Source: Antedon mediterranea
Taxonomy: Eukaryota > Animalia > Echinodermata
Direction of reading: 5' to 3'
NCBI RefSeq assembly: GCF_964355755.1
Contig: NC_092677.1
Coordinates: 25,159,175-25,223,174, forward strand
Length of the DNA stretch: 64,000 nucleotides
In this document: in pieces, positions 1-13,641 of the stretch
Layout: every line of letters starts with the position of its first letter
Position numbering within the stretch: the first letter of the stretch is position 1
Notes under the pieces: model-generated
What the model saw: the letters and a program-made list of their open reading frames with translations, nothing else
The model's database searches: none
What the model was told of the DNA's origin: nothing
Position numbers and translations under genes: made by a program

Positions 1-3000
1 CAGAAATTTAGTTTTTTATAGGTTATTATTATTTAAACAAAGTGTTTTCTTTTTTGTATACCTCGCAAATACAACTATTTTTAAGGAACATTTTAAAGGG
101 TTGTTTAATTTTGATTAAGACTATGCCATTGGCGTTTGATAACAATTGATGAGTGGGCTAAAACATAACATTTAGGAACTTTACACCAATGAATAAGCAA
201 GCGTTAATGTTGAGTTTAGGATTTGGGACCATTGATGTACCGATGAAAATAAATTTAATATTATTTTGTTTAGGAAAGTTTCTGGGTTAAGCTGAAACTT
301 AATACTATTAAATATACAGATTCGCAGTATATTATTTTTCGTTTCCTTTGGAACGCTTCCTTTGGAACGCTTTCTAAGTGTTTGTAACGGATTGTACGAG
401 TTTGGAACGCGTTGTTTATACCCAAAACCCTACATATTTTATGAGACTTAAAACATTTCAGATTCGGACATTTTTATTTAAAACTTAAATAATTGTGTAT
501 AATATGTACAAATATCAATGAAATCGAAATAAAGGTGAGTGAACCTCACAAAAGACAAAACTGGTTGTACAGTTATTTACCAAATAGTTTAATTTAATAA
601 TTGAATTTAGGTCTAGTTTGGCTTTAAAAAAAAAATGTTTCCAGACTGTTTACTCCCTCTCGCGTAGGTCGTTAGTAAAAGCTATCTTGTAAATTTGTTT
701 CTGAAAAACTGTAAAACGTTTAGTGTGTATCCAAACTTGATAACATCAAATGAATAAAAATCAAAATTAATTTAGGCCTAAACAAAATTAGAATAAATAA
801 ATTAAATAATTTACATTTTTTTATCAGTGTCTAACGGACTAATACAAAAGTTCACGGACGTTGTGAGTATAAACATTTAAAGATATTGCTATGATTTCGT
901 GTGAAACGTAGATTTAGGAAGAATTTATAAATTAAATACGTTCACTGAAGTTTATGTTGTTGAGATTATCAAACGTGTAAATCGTAAATATTCCATTCGT
1001 GTACTGTTAGTTAATCTTTGGTTTAAATGCTTATCTTTACTACATCAAATACGTGACTATATTCAACAGTAGCTGTGTATTCCTCACGAATAACTTGCTT
1101 TTTAATTAGTTAACGGTTCATCGGGAAATCCAGTAGGCCAAAACTACTTATGCGCTGCTCTGTTAATTTCATCATAGACATTTTGTGGGTTTGTCAGAGT
1201 GCAAGGATAGAACAATTTACTCGATATTTGTAATGTTGATGGTTTAGTTTATTGGTAGGGAAAAATGGAACCAATTGATTTGAGGGTGTGATTGTTTGTC
1301 GAGGTTACGAGGAAGTTATGCTCCAAACCGTGTCTATAGGCACGTATACAGACGTTATTATTGGCCCGCAAGCGCGAAATTAGTGGCGATGCTAAATAAC
1401 ATAATTTGTAAGTACCGATCATCTTGAGGCAATAATATAGTTTTATTATACGTGGGAAACTTTATTTGCCGACGAAACTTTTATAAGAATACAATGTTTC
1501 AAATTTACCGATAACATTCGTATTTCGTAAAATATTGATAACTTATCCCGATTTTAAACCGAATTGCTTTGGTAGTTTATTTTCATGTATATGATTTTTT
1601 TTAAAGGTCGGTTATGGTTGTCTATATAGTTATTGCATCGTCCTTTTTTTAACATCGAGCGGGTGAACAAATCGTTTGATTGCACAGATTATTTTTTAAA
1701 ACAATAAATGCATCAATGATATTGCCTAACCCTATTGATTTACCGCAACAATTATTTAGAACATCTACCTTTGAATTTGCGGGTGACTTAGAGAGATTAT
1801 TCTTAAACAGTATAATAGAAAAAAAGCCATCAATATTGTAGCTCCTGTGAATGTTTCGTCCCTGCGGACGCGACCTTTTGCCGGTTCATTACGATACGGC
1901 ACATGGGTTGACAAATTAACCCTTTTACAGTGTATATAATAATCGCCTATGGGACGCGAAATGATTTGGGCTGAAAAGGCAGCAACTTTAATAATTATAA
2001 CGATGAATAAAACAACTGTAATTACAATAAATTGTTTTGTGTCGTCCTTCAGATTTAACATGAAGCCGATGCATCGCAATTAAATGCGTTGCACATCAGT
2101 AAAATAATTCAGACAAAGTATTAGCTTCTAGAATATTTGTAGATGCTTTGATCGTAGAGTGTTTTTTTTTTAAATTATTTTCAGTTTTTTTAGTTTGGCT
2201 CCTGTTTGCCTTTTATATTCGTTTTATCTGTTTCTTTCTATTGTATATGGCAGAAATTAAATAAATATAAATAAATAAAACAATTAGTTTTTGACAATAT
2301 TTAATATAGTTTGTACGTTCGCATCGTCCTTCAGATTTAACGTTAAGCCGAGCATTGATATCGAAATACGCTGCACATTGGTCAAATAATTCCAAAACTA
2401 TCTCATTGCGTTTCCGACAAAATTCAACAGAGTTTAATCTTGCACCGTCTTAGGGTTTGACGTTAAGCAATACTTATTAGCTCAGTAGCAATTCGTTTCT
2501 GACAAACTTCAACAAAATTTAATCTCGCTTCGTTCCAATTAATCATTTACCCGAAGATGATCCACCCTTGATAAAATAGACATCGCTCAAATATTATATT
2601 GCCGACAAACTCTAAGTATATTTCATATAGCTTAACAGCACATTTAACATCTGATAATACACAGAACAGCATTACATTTTGAAATCTTCAGCAGAAGTAT
2701 TTGCTCATCGTCCTGATATTTTATGAAACCCTGATTTATATCCGTAACTGCTGCAGTTCTACAGTATCAGTGCCCAGAGTGAATTTATACTCGAAATAGT
2801 AGCATCTTGAATTTTCCAAGACGCTGTACGATGTATTTTCAGGAGAGTAGTTTCCATCATCCTTTGGATTAAACATTGAGCCGGTGAAGTTTAGCTTTGA
2901 TTTATTAAAGGAATTAAAGTTTCATATATGTTGAGTTTTGTAACCAACATGTAATATTCGCAGGGACGTCTTAAAAACCCCAATTCTCAACATACACGAT

Positions 3001-6000
3001 AAATTATATAAATTATTATATTTTCACTTTCTCCTCGTCCTTCGTATTAAACGTTGAGCCGGTGAAAACGCCCTGGTGAATATCTAGTGAATACTTAATT
3101 AAAACACGTACTCTCAATACGCCTACTCTAATACTGTACAAACATTATACCATACATACAAGTGCCTAGATTTGTAACGAACTAAATATAAGTGCTTATA
3201 TTTAAACATATCATAAATTTCCTAGGTTAAGTGATGCTTAATGTAAGCGATACACGGTATGCTCTATAAATCATATTGTGTTCAACTTGCCATGTAACTT
3301 TTTTGATATACGAGTGTACGTGTATCGTGTGTATTCAGATAAGAACACCTTAAATAGCTTACTGAAGTTTTAAAATGTTAAAATAATGAAATTATACAGA
3401 ATTAAGCAGAAGGCATTCTGCCAAAGATGACGTCGTGTACAAATTGTCTGAGGTGAAGTTGGTAAAACAATTTCTTTTGTTTAAAAATGTTGAATTTTGA
3501 CAGATTTAGACATACTTAACAAAAGACTGAATCATTATAAGATAAAAACGGCATGAGATTTAAAACTATTCCTTTTGGTCTACTCTATGATACTTTTCCA
3601 TTTCATTAAAAAAACTTTGCACATGGCTTTTCTTTCTACGAAAATATATGTTTTCTCCTTATATTGGTTTTCTTAAGTTGTGAAAAAGTTGTGAAAAATG
3701 ATTATTTAATAGGTTTACAGATATAAAATGATGTCTTGAAATTTTGTCATCTGATTTCAACTTTTTTTTGGGTGAAAAAACAACTTGTTTTTAAGATTCA
3801 GTTTACCGTACTTGTTCCCTTTTCTTTCTTACTCTTTTCCTTTAATAAACATCTTTACTAACAGAATATTATTTCATCATGACTGTGTTCTTTTATTGTT
3901 TTTTTCTGATGCTATCGAAAAATACCATGTTAAAATAAATATCAAATTTTGCATTTTAAAGAACATTTTTTTGAAATTTCAAAAAGTTTCAAAAAAAAAT
4001 TATAAAAAGTGAGGTTCCTGTAGCAACAAGTTTTTCTTCACCAAGTGGAACAAAATATTTGTATTTTAAACAATATTTTATCAATTTTCTTTTGAATTGT
4101 TAGCAAGTTTAAAAAAAAAGATTATTAAAAGTGAGGTCCGTGCAGCAACGAGTTTTTAGAATTTCAGTAGAAATTTTAGCAGAGACTATATTTAAAATGT
4201 TTTACTAATTTGAAGACTTTAGCATCTAAAAGATGATACAGTTCATTGATAATGCGAAACAAAATTGCAATAAATTATCCCAAATTTAAACCAAAATGAT
4301 AATTTAAACCAAAATGATCATTTAACATCGAACCGTTACGAAATCAACCTGTATTGCATAACAACACGTCAACAAAATGCTAACTCCACTTGGGTAGCCA
4401 CATGTATATGCAAATAATGTCTTTAATCATGCGTTTAAAAAAAACTAAAATTCAAGAAGCGAATATTCTAGATTAGATATAATAAAAATATGTCTTTAAA
4501 AAATAGAAATATGTAAGTATTCAAATATTCACCTAAGATCTACAGGCAATGTTTTGTTTTCACAATTCATATTCACAATAACTGGATTTGAAACATTAAT
4601 GTAAAATGTTTGTAATGCAATTCCTAGTATTATATTTTTTCAAAAAAATTAAAAAATAACTCACCTGCACTCAGTTTTTTGTTTTATAATTAATATTTAT
4701 TATAATAATTTCATTAAAATATCTGAATTACTATATTAATGTAAAATGTTTGGAAAGTAATACCAAGTATATTTTTTTTTCAAAAACAAGGAAAAAATAA
4801 CTCACCTAATAATAAACACGAAAATCCTGAAGAAAAAAAATCCATAGTATACAAGTTTTAAATGAATGCTTTATAAATTCAGTGTAAAAAATTGTCCTTT
4901 GATGTACTGTGGCAACGAAGTGTCCGAGCAAACTAAATCTTGAGTGAGAAATCCTTAAAATATATACCCGATTGTCTTCTCTCAAAACAAACACATGTTC
5001 AGAAGATAAATACTCCAAAACTTCCTTAGGTAAACTCCAACAAAGAATTTTTGACAGATGAAAAAAAAGGTTGATTATTATAGTGTAATGCTAAATCTCC
5101 AACGCTAATTAGTGGGCGGGGCTTATGCACTGCGCGTACAAATCAAATACCATCAATTAACGATGTTAACTGTTGGTTGGTCTTGTGTGTCCGGCTATTA
5201 ACAATCCGTGATCATCAGCCCACTTCCATTCCATAATGCTCCACAGTAAATGATACGAACAGGTTATATTACTAACTACCTAAATAAACTGAGGGCGTCG
5301 CATTTGCTCGTACAGTATTCGAATATCTGGGTTCAGCCTCGATATGAAATCATTCGCTCTATCAAATGTCGGTTGATGTGTAGTGATGACGTAACTGGCA
5401 ATAGTAATTGAAGTGGGAGGAGCAGACAATCAATCAATTAACTTACCCACTGTTTATAAATCACATGACCTTTAAAATCCTCGACTTATCTTTCCAATAC
5501 TGTAGCAACAATTGTATTAAATATAGTTATTCCTATTTATAATATCGCGTATAAACTCCAGGTATAAAATAAAAAGAGCAATGTTTAACAGAAATTCAGA
5601 GCCTACTTGTTGGAAGAATGTAAAAAAAACCTGTAAAGATCGTAATTCATCCACGAACCATTCAACTAAAAATTATACAAATACACAGTCAGAACGTCGT
5701 TTCAGGCAATTGATTACTTCTTGTGATTGGTTGAATAACTTTGGAATGATTCATTTTTAAGTAGGTTTCCAAAAAGTGGTTTATTTATATGTAACTAAAA
5801 TGTAACTTTTTGTTAACGTTATTTGCCACACGTTATGCGCATTTAGCTAAATTATTGGTGAAGTCCTATTTATATTTATTTTACGTGTTTTTGTTAGATA
5901 GAAAAACCGTCAGAATTTCTCAAACATTTGATAATGGTAGAGTCCAACAAGTGGGCGTGGATTAGCGTTTGATTGACTTCTGGTTTTGTGAACGCGTAAA

Positions 6001-6084
6001 CTCCAAGGGATACTAGAACAGTATTTACTTAACATCATTTTAAGATTTGAATTAAGTCATTAGCAGAATTAGAAAAAAGTATAT

Positions 6085-6520
6085 TCAATTCAGAAAGGCT
6101 GAAAATTCTCAACCTACCTACTCTCACATACAGAAGGCAAAGAGCTCATTTGATACAGATTTTTAAAATTTTACATGGAGTGGATAGTATTTCTGCTGAT
6201 TCTTTTTTTGAGCGTGATGAAGATGTTAGAACACGTGGTCATTCTTTTAAATTAAAATTTAAGTTCTCACGCACAAATTGGATGAGGGACTCATTTGGTC
6301 GAAAAGCTATTATATTATGGAATTCGTTATCGGAGGATGTAGTAGCTTCAAGATCAACCAATCAATTTAAGTCCGGTCTTGAACGGGTATGGTCCAACCA
6401 CCCTCTTAAATTTGCGCCATATTCAAGAGTTGATGTAATTATCAAGAGGGGCTTATAGGCATAGCCTAGCCTCGACTCCGGACCCAGCATTGCTGAGCTC
6501 CGGAAACAAGTAAACAACTA
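6085..6520 (+). mobile_element. 5'-truncated CR1-type LINE 3' end
   Basis: RLKILNLPTLTYRR.RA.LIQIFKILHG...RTRGHSFKL...WNSL..DVV.S.S.NQFK is the typical CR1 ORF2 C-terminus, followed by a short 3' UTR ending in a CAAGTA-like tail. Confidence 0.9.
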
Positions 6521-8553
6521 GTATTGTAGGTCATGTTGTATAGAGACTATTGGTCTATTAGGCCTATTAATATAATGTATGTTTATGGGGGGAAATTTCT
6601 AATTTTTGACTCTGTGTGCCATTCCATACTGGTTTCACTCCTCAAAACAAAAACTGTTTATGAAGATTTTACTATACGTAAGCACCTATTTGGACTGAGA
6701 GGTTAGAGTAGAAGAACTACTTTTTTTGGACTGGGATTCTCTCTAAATTAGAATATTTTTGGGGGGCTAGGGTTCTCCCTAAATTGTAAGCCCCACTTTT
6801 TGGACTGGATTTATCCCTCAAATAGAAGAGCCTTTGTTTATCCTATGTTAATTGAAATTTATTTACAAACTAATTATTAGCTCTATTAATTTACACTTAT
6901 TTTAGAGACGGCTGCCCTAGTACACACGACACAATTATCATGCTGTACTCATGGAGGTATAATACCTCCATGCTGTACTGTAGGCCTAGTAATAACGCCT
7001 GTATACGATATGAATAATGAGATTATAGAAAGCGGAATATAAATCAGATTAAATATGATGCTCTTCGTGTCTTAGAAATAACGTGATTAGAAAAAGTTGT
7101 TTTGTTTAATAATTTATAGATTTCAACTCTAAACTATCACGTTTTAAATGATGATTTTGCATAAAATTATGAATATTTAAAATTGTTAGAAGTATATTTC
7201 CTGAAGGGAAATTCAATTTCTGTAATACTAATCTTAATCACCTTCTTCCATAAAGCCCATCAGCTAAGCCCCCTGGGGGTGTCTTCGACTGACCCCTACC
7301 CAACTGGACAGGGGGACATCCTGTCGTCTTTACGCTTATCGCTTGAAATAAGTGTAATATTCATATTTTGTTGGCGCAAGTTAAAAATTTGCTAGAAAAA
7401 TCATTGTGTTACTGACAGCAAACAGATAACGAAGATGATCATGTGATGTACACACTTATCGTCTCTCTGTCTCCAGATTTGGTGATATTTTTAGTAAATA
7501 TTTTTTGCGCTTAATGCGTTCCATAAATCATTGATTGTTGGCAGTACTGTACCACTTGACGCGATCCATTGTCCCCCTGAGTTCAATTCTTCTCGGTGGA
7601 TGTTTCCAATTTCATTGTGAAAATAATATAGTGCAAGAAGATATGTATCGACTCAAAGAAACCTGATTGTTGATGCAACTAATTTGTAATAGGAACCTAA
7701 ACACTTGATGTCGTCTGCGTGACGTTTTAACAACCAACGCACCCACGTCGTATCTTCCCACGCTCATCGTGCCATACGTCAGACGCAGAAGTCGTGCCAC
7801 TACTAATTACGCGATTAGTAGCATTCTCTTTAAAGCTGTCATTAAATGACTCTTTAACGTTTTTATATGGTGTGAAGATTTTGAAAAGTTTAGTCTGGTC
7901 CTTTGAATTATAAGGACCACGATATTCTAGGTGTGTGGTGACCAAATATGGCACGGTTTTGAGCTTTTAGGCTCAGCGTTGAACATTACTTATCCCCAAT
8001 TTGATTAACCATGACATCAGTGTAAATAGAGTACATGCAGATGATAAATTTTAAGGTATTTAAAAAAAATGCCCTTTTACGCAAGTAGTGACGTCATTTG
8101 TTAAGATACATGGTTTTTATTTGTTAGTTACTACATTCAAATCCGTAAACTACATAATCTATTATGTACCTTAGTTTATGGATTTAAACGATGTAAAAAT
8201 ATAGAGTTCAATGTTGTTTTTGCAGTTTTGATGTATTTAAAAATGGATGATGAAAAGTTCGAAAAAACTGGGCTAATGCTGAGAAAGAAAGATTTCTTGG
8301 AAAACCATGAATGCGAAATGTTGTGTTTTACGAACCATTGCCATCAATATAGTAATAATCATGTAATGAGAATATCGTGACAGTATTACACTATTTGCAT
8401 TTCATAACCTCGTTCGAAAGTGAATTGTCAAATAAAAATAATTGAAAAAAAGACGCACAGAAAAAAACTTTAAAAACAAATGTTTGTACTATAAGTCCAA
8501 TGTATGAGGATTATACAAAAATAAGCAAAAAGTTAAATAAAAACAGCCAGTAA

Positions 8554-8692
8554 AGCTTGGTTCCCTGGGACGCAACGCAATGACGTAGATGCAACTTAAA
8601 CGAGTTGACCAATGACAATCGACAGTTGAATAAATTCATCGCTTGTGATTGGTCAAATCCCTAACATTGTGTTGCGTCTTTTGTGGGAAGCT
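8554..8692. mobile_element. Harbinger/Tourist-like MITE family B (TIR AGCTTGGTTCCCACTAG), degenerate copy
   Basis: Left TIR after TAA; internal TTGACCAAT...ATTGGTCAA inverted repeat shared with other copies. Confidence 0.75.
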
Positions 8693-10351
8693 TTCGAAAA
8701 ACTCTATAATATGACATGTACTATTGTTATAGACTCTGTCAGTAGTAAGCCCATGTTTACCAGTCCTAACTTATTTCTCCATGGTCTCACGCGCGCTCGA
8801 CGTGCTTTGTGAGGCAAAGGTTAAGTAACCCTGTGTAATGGTGGGGGGGGGGGGGAGAGATACTAATCCGTAGTAAGAGCAAATATTGTTTTGGCAAAAA
8901 CCTGATTGGAAACGCAAAATATTTGCATTAAAATGCATGTCTAACCATGATTCGATCTCTTAGTATTAAATGTAATCTTATTTGAAGGGTTCCAGGTGGA
9001 GGATTAAGGGTTTTGATTAAGTAAACCTTATAAAAATGTAATTCCATCGATTTTCTCAGCTTAAATTTAAATTATCTTAATACCGTATTAATATAATGTT
9101 GTGTGGTACACATCGCGAGAAGCCACGATGGTAGTTGCAATGCTATAGTAACTATATTGATAAAGCCAATACAATAATTCGTTTAAATCTTTGGAACGCT
9201 TGTATTAGGCTAGGCTTAGGCTATAAACTTTTCCATTTCTTAGAATTGTGGCTTATACGTGTGATACTAACATGTTATTGAATTCAATGATATGGTGTTT
9301 TGTTGTAAAAATATTCAAAGTATCTCACTACTAATATTTGAAGTTAATTTCGCCTACCAATATTTTCACTTATCATTTTTCAGTTAGGGAATCAAAATGC
9401 AATCGCTGTGTGTTATTAGTGAATTATACACTTTTGGTGAGAGATAAATTTATAGCCTTAAACGCTTATAATATATTTTTTAATCTTAATGAAAAACTTC
9501 CCTATTATCACTTTTATTGGTGCTTAAATTAATCTTCCAGTTGATAAAATCGTTCGTCATGTCATCTTTTTCCACCATGGCTGTCGGTTATTGAGTGTGA
9601 CAAGTCGTCTGCATGTGGTTTAGGCGCCAAACTTCACCGGTAGTGGTTAAGCGTTTTCTCCATCGTCCGGTTTTTAACTGACCTCCCGGTCACATCATCA
9701 ACGCCATGTGATTATAAATATCCAATTAAATACTTACTAATTTCAGGTATCCAACAGTTATGAATCACTTTTGAAATATTTGTATTTAAACTTTGAGTTG
9801 TGACGCGTGTAAAAAAGCCGTAATAGTAAGCGTTTGAACGCGTATCGCGTCAAAAGTTATGGCTCTTGCGCGTGACGTATCCAAATGAGTGAGGTAGCCA
9901 AAGTTCTGTGACGCACATAGACAGACGTGTGGGTGGGGGGGGGGGGGGTGCTTGTTTAATTGGTCTTGTATAGTTTAAGCGTAACTGGTAGCACACCTAA
10001 TTTGATAACAAAACAGTAGTACAATTATAATCCAAGTTTATATTTACTTATCTACCTATGTGAAAATAAATAAAACGCGAGTTTCACACTTGGAGGTTTT
10101 TATATCCTCATCCACCACCGGCTGAAAATAAAGAAATATTTCTGTTTCACACGTTATGTGCCATTAAAGGGTGTATGGTATGTTTATGCGTAAATCACAC
10201 ATGCTATGTTTATATTGTATAATTGCCTGTTTATTGATTGTTAATATCCAATCCGGACGTAATTTTTTTTTCATACACATCCAATCCAATTACACGGTGG
10301 ATAAACTATTAATGATTTATCGTGCTTATAAACTAAGTCTCCTTTGAGGCT

Positions 10352-10436
10352 TGGGAGTGGAGTTGACCCTGGTCAGGATTGAACCCTGGATCTTGGGATT
10401 GGAATGCAAGCGCGTTAACCACCAAGCTACTGCTCC
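10352..10436 (-). mobile_element. tRNA-derived SINE head
   Basis: Minus strand GGAGCAGTAGCTTGGTGGTTAACGCG...GGTTCAATCC carries pol III A and B boxes; a related copy lies near 24205. Confidence 0.75.
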
Positions 10437-10731
10437 ACTACAATTGTATGGTAGCATAGTCTCTCTATACTCGGGTATGAGACGTAAAATATTGTTCATT
10501 ACAATTTAGTTATTAGAGACTGTAACAAAAAATTCCAATTCCAATTCCAATTTAGATTATGTGTGCCCATTTGTTTAGAATCACCGCGGTGAGTTCAACA
10601 GAAACGAAAATTAAGTTTTATTCGACTCATAATTATCTTAGCAGATTCATGTCAAAAACAACAGCTGTGTTTTTAACTGCTCTCAGTCAAAACTTCATTT
10701 TAAACATTGGTTAACATAATGCTAACTTTAA

Positions 10732-11053
10732 AGATGTATTGTCCAAAAAAAATTATTAAAAATGAAGATTATTTAAATCAGACTTTGAATAGGTTACTTT
10801 GTAGTTTTAATAAAGTTACTCATTTCCATAAAAAAAAAGTATGTTTTCACTTATAAAATGACAAAATAAATTGTTAAATTCAACCAAAATCCATTGGCTG
10901 GCTGACTATTTTTTGCTGTAAATTACAGTTTGTTTACGTAAATACATTTTTTTCTATCCAATTTTTGGTCAAAGTGGATAACTATTATGTGACATTAAAA
11001 TGGCATATTCAACAAATGTTCAAGAATTTTTTTTCAGGGGGATAAATGCTCTT
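10732..11053 (+). mobile_element. Kolobok-like non-autonomous DNA transposon family C
   Basis: TTAA|AGATGTATTGTCC terminus; body homologous to copies at 13210, 15137 and 34066. Confidence 0.75.
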
Positions 11054-13209
11054 TATCTGTTGAAGCGGGTACACATTATAGAATCCCAACAGTTTTATAG
11101 CTACGATGTTGCTCACATCCCTCATTAATATAGATTAGTTTAATTAGTACATTGTGTGATGATTCTAATGATTAACTACTTTGTCAAGACACTCTCTTTG
11201 TTCTAACATTTTACAGCTATTTAGTTTTTAAAGGTTGCCATTAATAAAGATATTTAAATTGTTTCAAGGTTACGTAATAGCTAATCTGTCGCATTAATTA
11301 ATTGTTACAAACAATTAATTACAATTATAAATAATAGTTCTGTGTGTGATTTCTTATTTTCATTTTTCGATTTGTAACCCGAACAAACCTTGAGTTCCCG
11401 TCCACACAAAATGAAGACACATGATTCCCGTATAAACTAATTTTCCACTCAAAAATGTATTAAATAATATTCATCGCATAATATGCAATCTACGATAATT
11501 TAATTAATTGATATAACAAATTTATTAAATACATAACATCATTGGAATAAAAAGAACAAATCACATATCTACACATAATCATAACATCGTATACTCTATC
11601 TCTAACAATTCATTCAATCTTCTATCGACTAAAGCCGAAGTATAGTCGTTATCTCGGGACCGTTCTATGGCCACCACCAGGTAGGCTTACTTCATCAAAG
11701 CTTCTATGAATGGATGTACTGGTTGGGAGCAGAAAAACTAGTAGACCATACCCAGTACCGTTTTGATTACGATCAATCGGGAAATTACCTCACAACAAAA
11801 TGAAGACACATATAAAGTAATTTTCCACTCCGCGTTTATTTTGTACCTATTATGTGTCATGGATTTGTGTATTTTTGGTTTCTCTAAGTTCTTCCCTGTT
11901 TTAGTTATTGTATTTTTTTGTGATTTGTAATTGTTCTGTACCAGACGAAGAGTACTCACATAGTAATTTGATCATTTAGGCTACACTTGAAGTACAGTTG
12001 AAACTGTTTTTCAATGTAGGCCTATGTTTTCTCTGTCTGGAAAATGTATTCATTTATTCAATTTTCCGCCATATAGGCCTACAATACAAAGAAGAAAAAA
12101 CAAATATAAACGACAAGGAAAGACCAAACAGATGATAAACACCTATGCTAGTTGGTCAGCCCAGAAATAAAGGAATAAGGAGGAACATAATGTTGGGAGA
12201 CCGTTTGAACTTAAAAAAATCAAATCAAACTAATTTTACCAAAAAATGTTGATGTGCCGAAACATAGTGATATACCCAAATATGGTAGTGATATGACATC
12301 ATCATGTCTATATATGGGCTTTAGAACTAAACCTTGACTAGGTCTATTATGTTCCAGACTGATATTAAATACGTTTGTCATTCTCTAGTTAATATAAAAA
12401 TTAAAAAACAGAAGCCATACTAAATAAAGGTCGTGATCAACTTACAAGATCTTAAACTCATTACAAAACGGATACAACAAAGTAAAACACTTGATTTGAT
12501 TACGTTTTATCAGCGTAAATGTTACCAGCTCAAACAATCCCGTGAAGTTATTTAAACACCTAACAATTTACTCGGCGTCTCCCACCGAGGAACCAACTGC
12601 GCATGTCATAATTAATTGAGAATATGCGCGTCACTTGTCTAAAAGTATGGCACTCGTATCGGCAATACGAACGCGCGTTGATACATCATTATAATTAATG
12701 TCATATTCGATGATTTACAAAACTGATATCTGTTACATACGGACTCGTGAACTAAAATAAACCTTACATGAAACCCAATCATAAAGAGTTGTTTAAAAAA
12801 AGTGTGCGCGTATAAACATTGATAGATACAGTACAAGTTTTGGTACGCGCACGCGCGCGTAATAGCGCGTATAAATGTCTTTAGTAGTGTCGATGACCTC
12901 CGGAGGAAAATGATATTATTCATTCTTCCCTCATGATATTATGGACCACCAACATGTTTTCCTCCCAAATACTGCAAATAGATCCAGACACGTTCACTAG
13001 ATTATTAATGTTCTGAACAAGGTCAAAGTTAAATTGAATCAAGTGTTTCTATATGGTTTAATAACGTTACCTATGGTTTAATTCCAATACCCTATGGTTT
13101 AATAGAGGCGTCCTAGTGCGCTCCGAGGTTTTTAGAGGTTTGTTATGAAACATCTTTAATTAATCAGAAGTTGTAATTAATAACCTCTTCAGGAATGTCT
13201 AAATTTTAA

Positions 13210-13520
13210 AGATGTATTGTCCTCCACAAACATGAAAAATGAAGATTAATAAAATCAGACTTTGAATAGGCCATTTTGTAGTTTTAACAAAGTTAATCAC
13301 TTCCATAGGAAAAAACCCTGAAAAAATGTTTTAACTTATAAAATGACAAAATAAACAGTTAAATTCAACCAAAAACCCATTGGCTGGTAGCCAATTTGAC
13401 TATTTTTTGTTTTAAATTATAGTTTTTTTAAGTAATCATTTTTTCCGATCCAATTTTTGGTTAAATTGAATAACTATCATGTGACATTAAATGACATATT
13501 CAAAAAAAATATATAAAAAA
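13210..13520 (+). mobile_element. Kolobok-like family C copy, right end replaced by a family A MITE fragment
   Basis: AGATGTATTGTCC start and shared internal sequence. Confidence 0.7.
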
Positions 13521-13522
13521 AA

Positions 13523-13641
13523 CACTCGTTTGACAAAAAAAGTGTGATGTGCCTAAATTGGTAGTGATTATGCTTAAATATGGTAGTGATATGACATCAC
13601 AATTTGTTGTCACATAAAGTTTGATAGTGTAGATAGAGCTT
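13523..13641. mobile_element. Harbinger-like MITE family A partial copy
   Basis: Right TIR AGTTTGATAGTGTAGATAGAGCT|TTA and internal ATATGGTAGTGAT repeats. Confidence 0.75.

Noticed and set aside
3400-4810. AT-rich block with short duplications (4005/4127, 4595/4735) as a defined transposon
   Set aside because: No termini or TSD could be identified with confidence.
10352-10436. Functional tRNA gene (also 24205 and 46196)
   Set aside because: A and B boxes are present but the acceptor stem does not pair; these are dispersed diverged copies typical of SINE heads.
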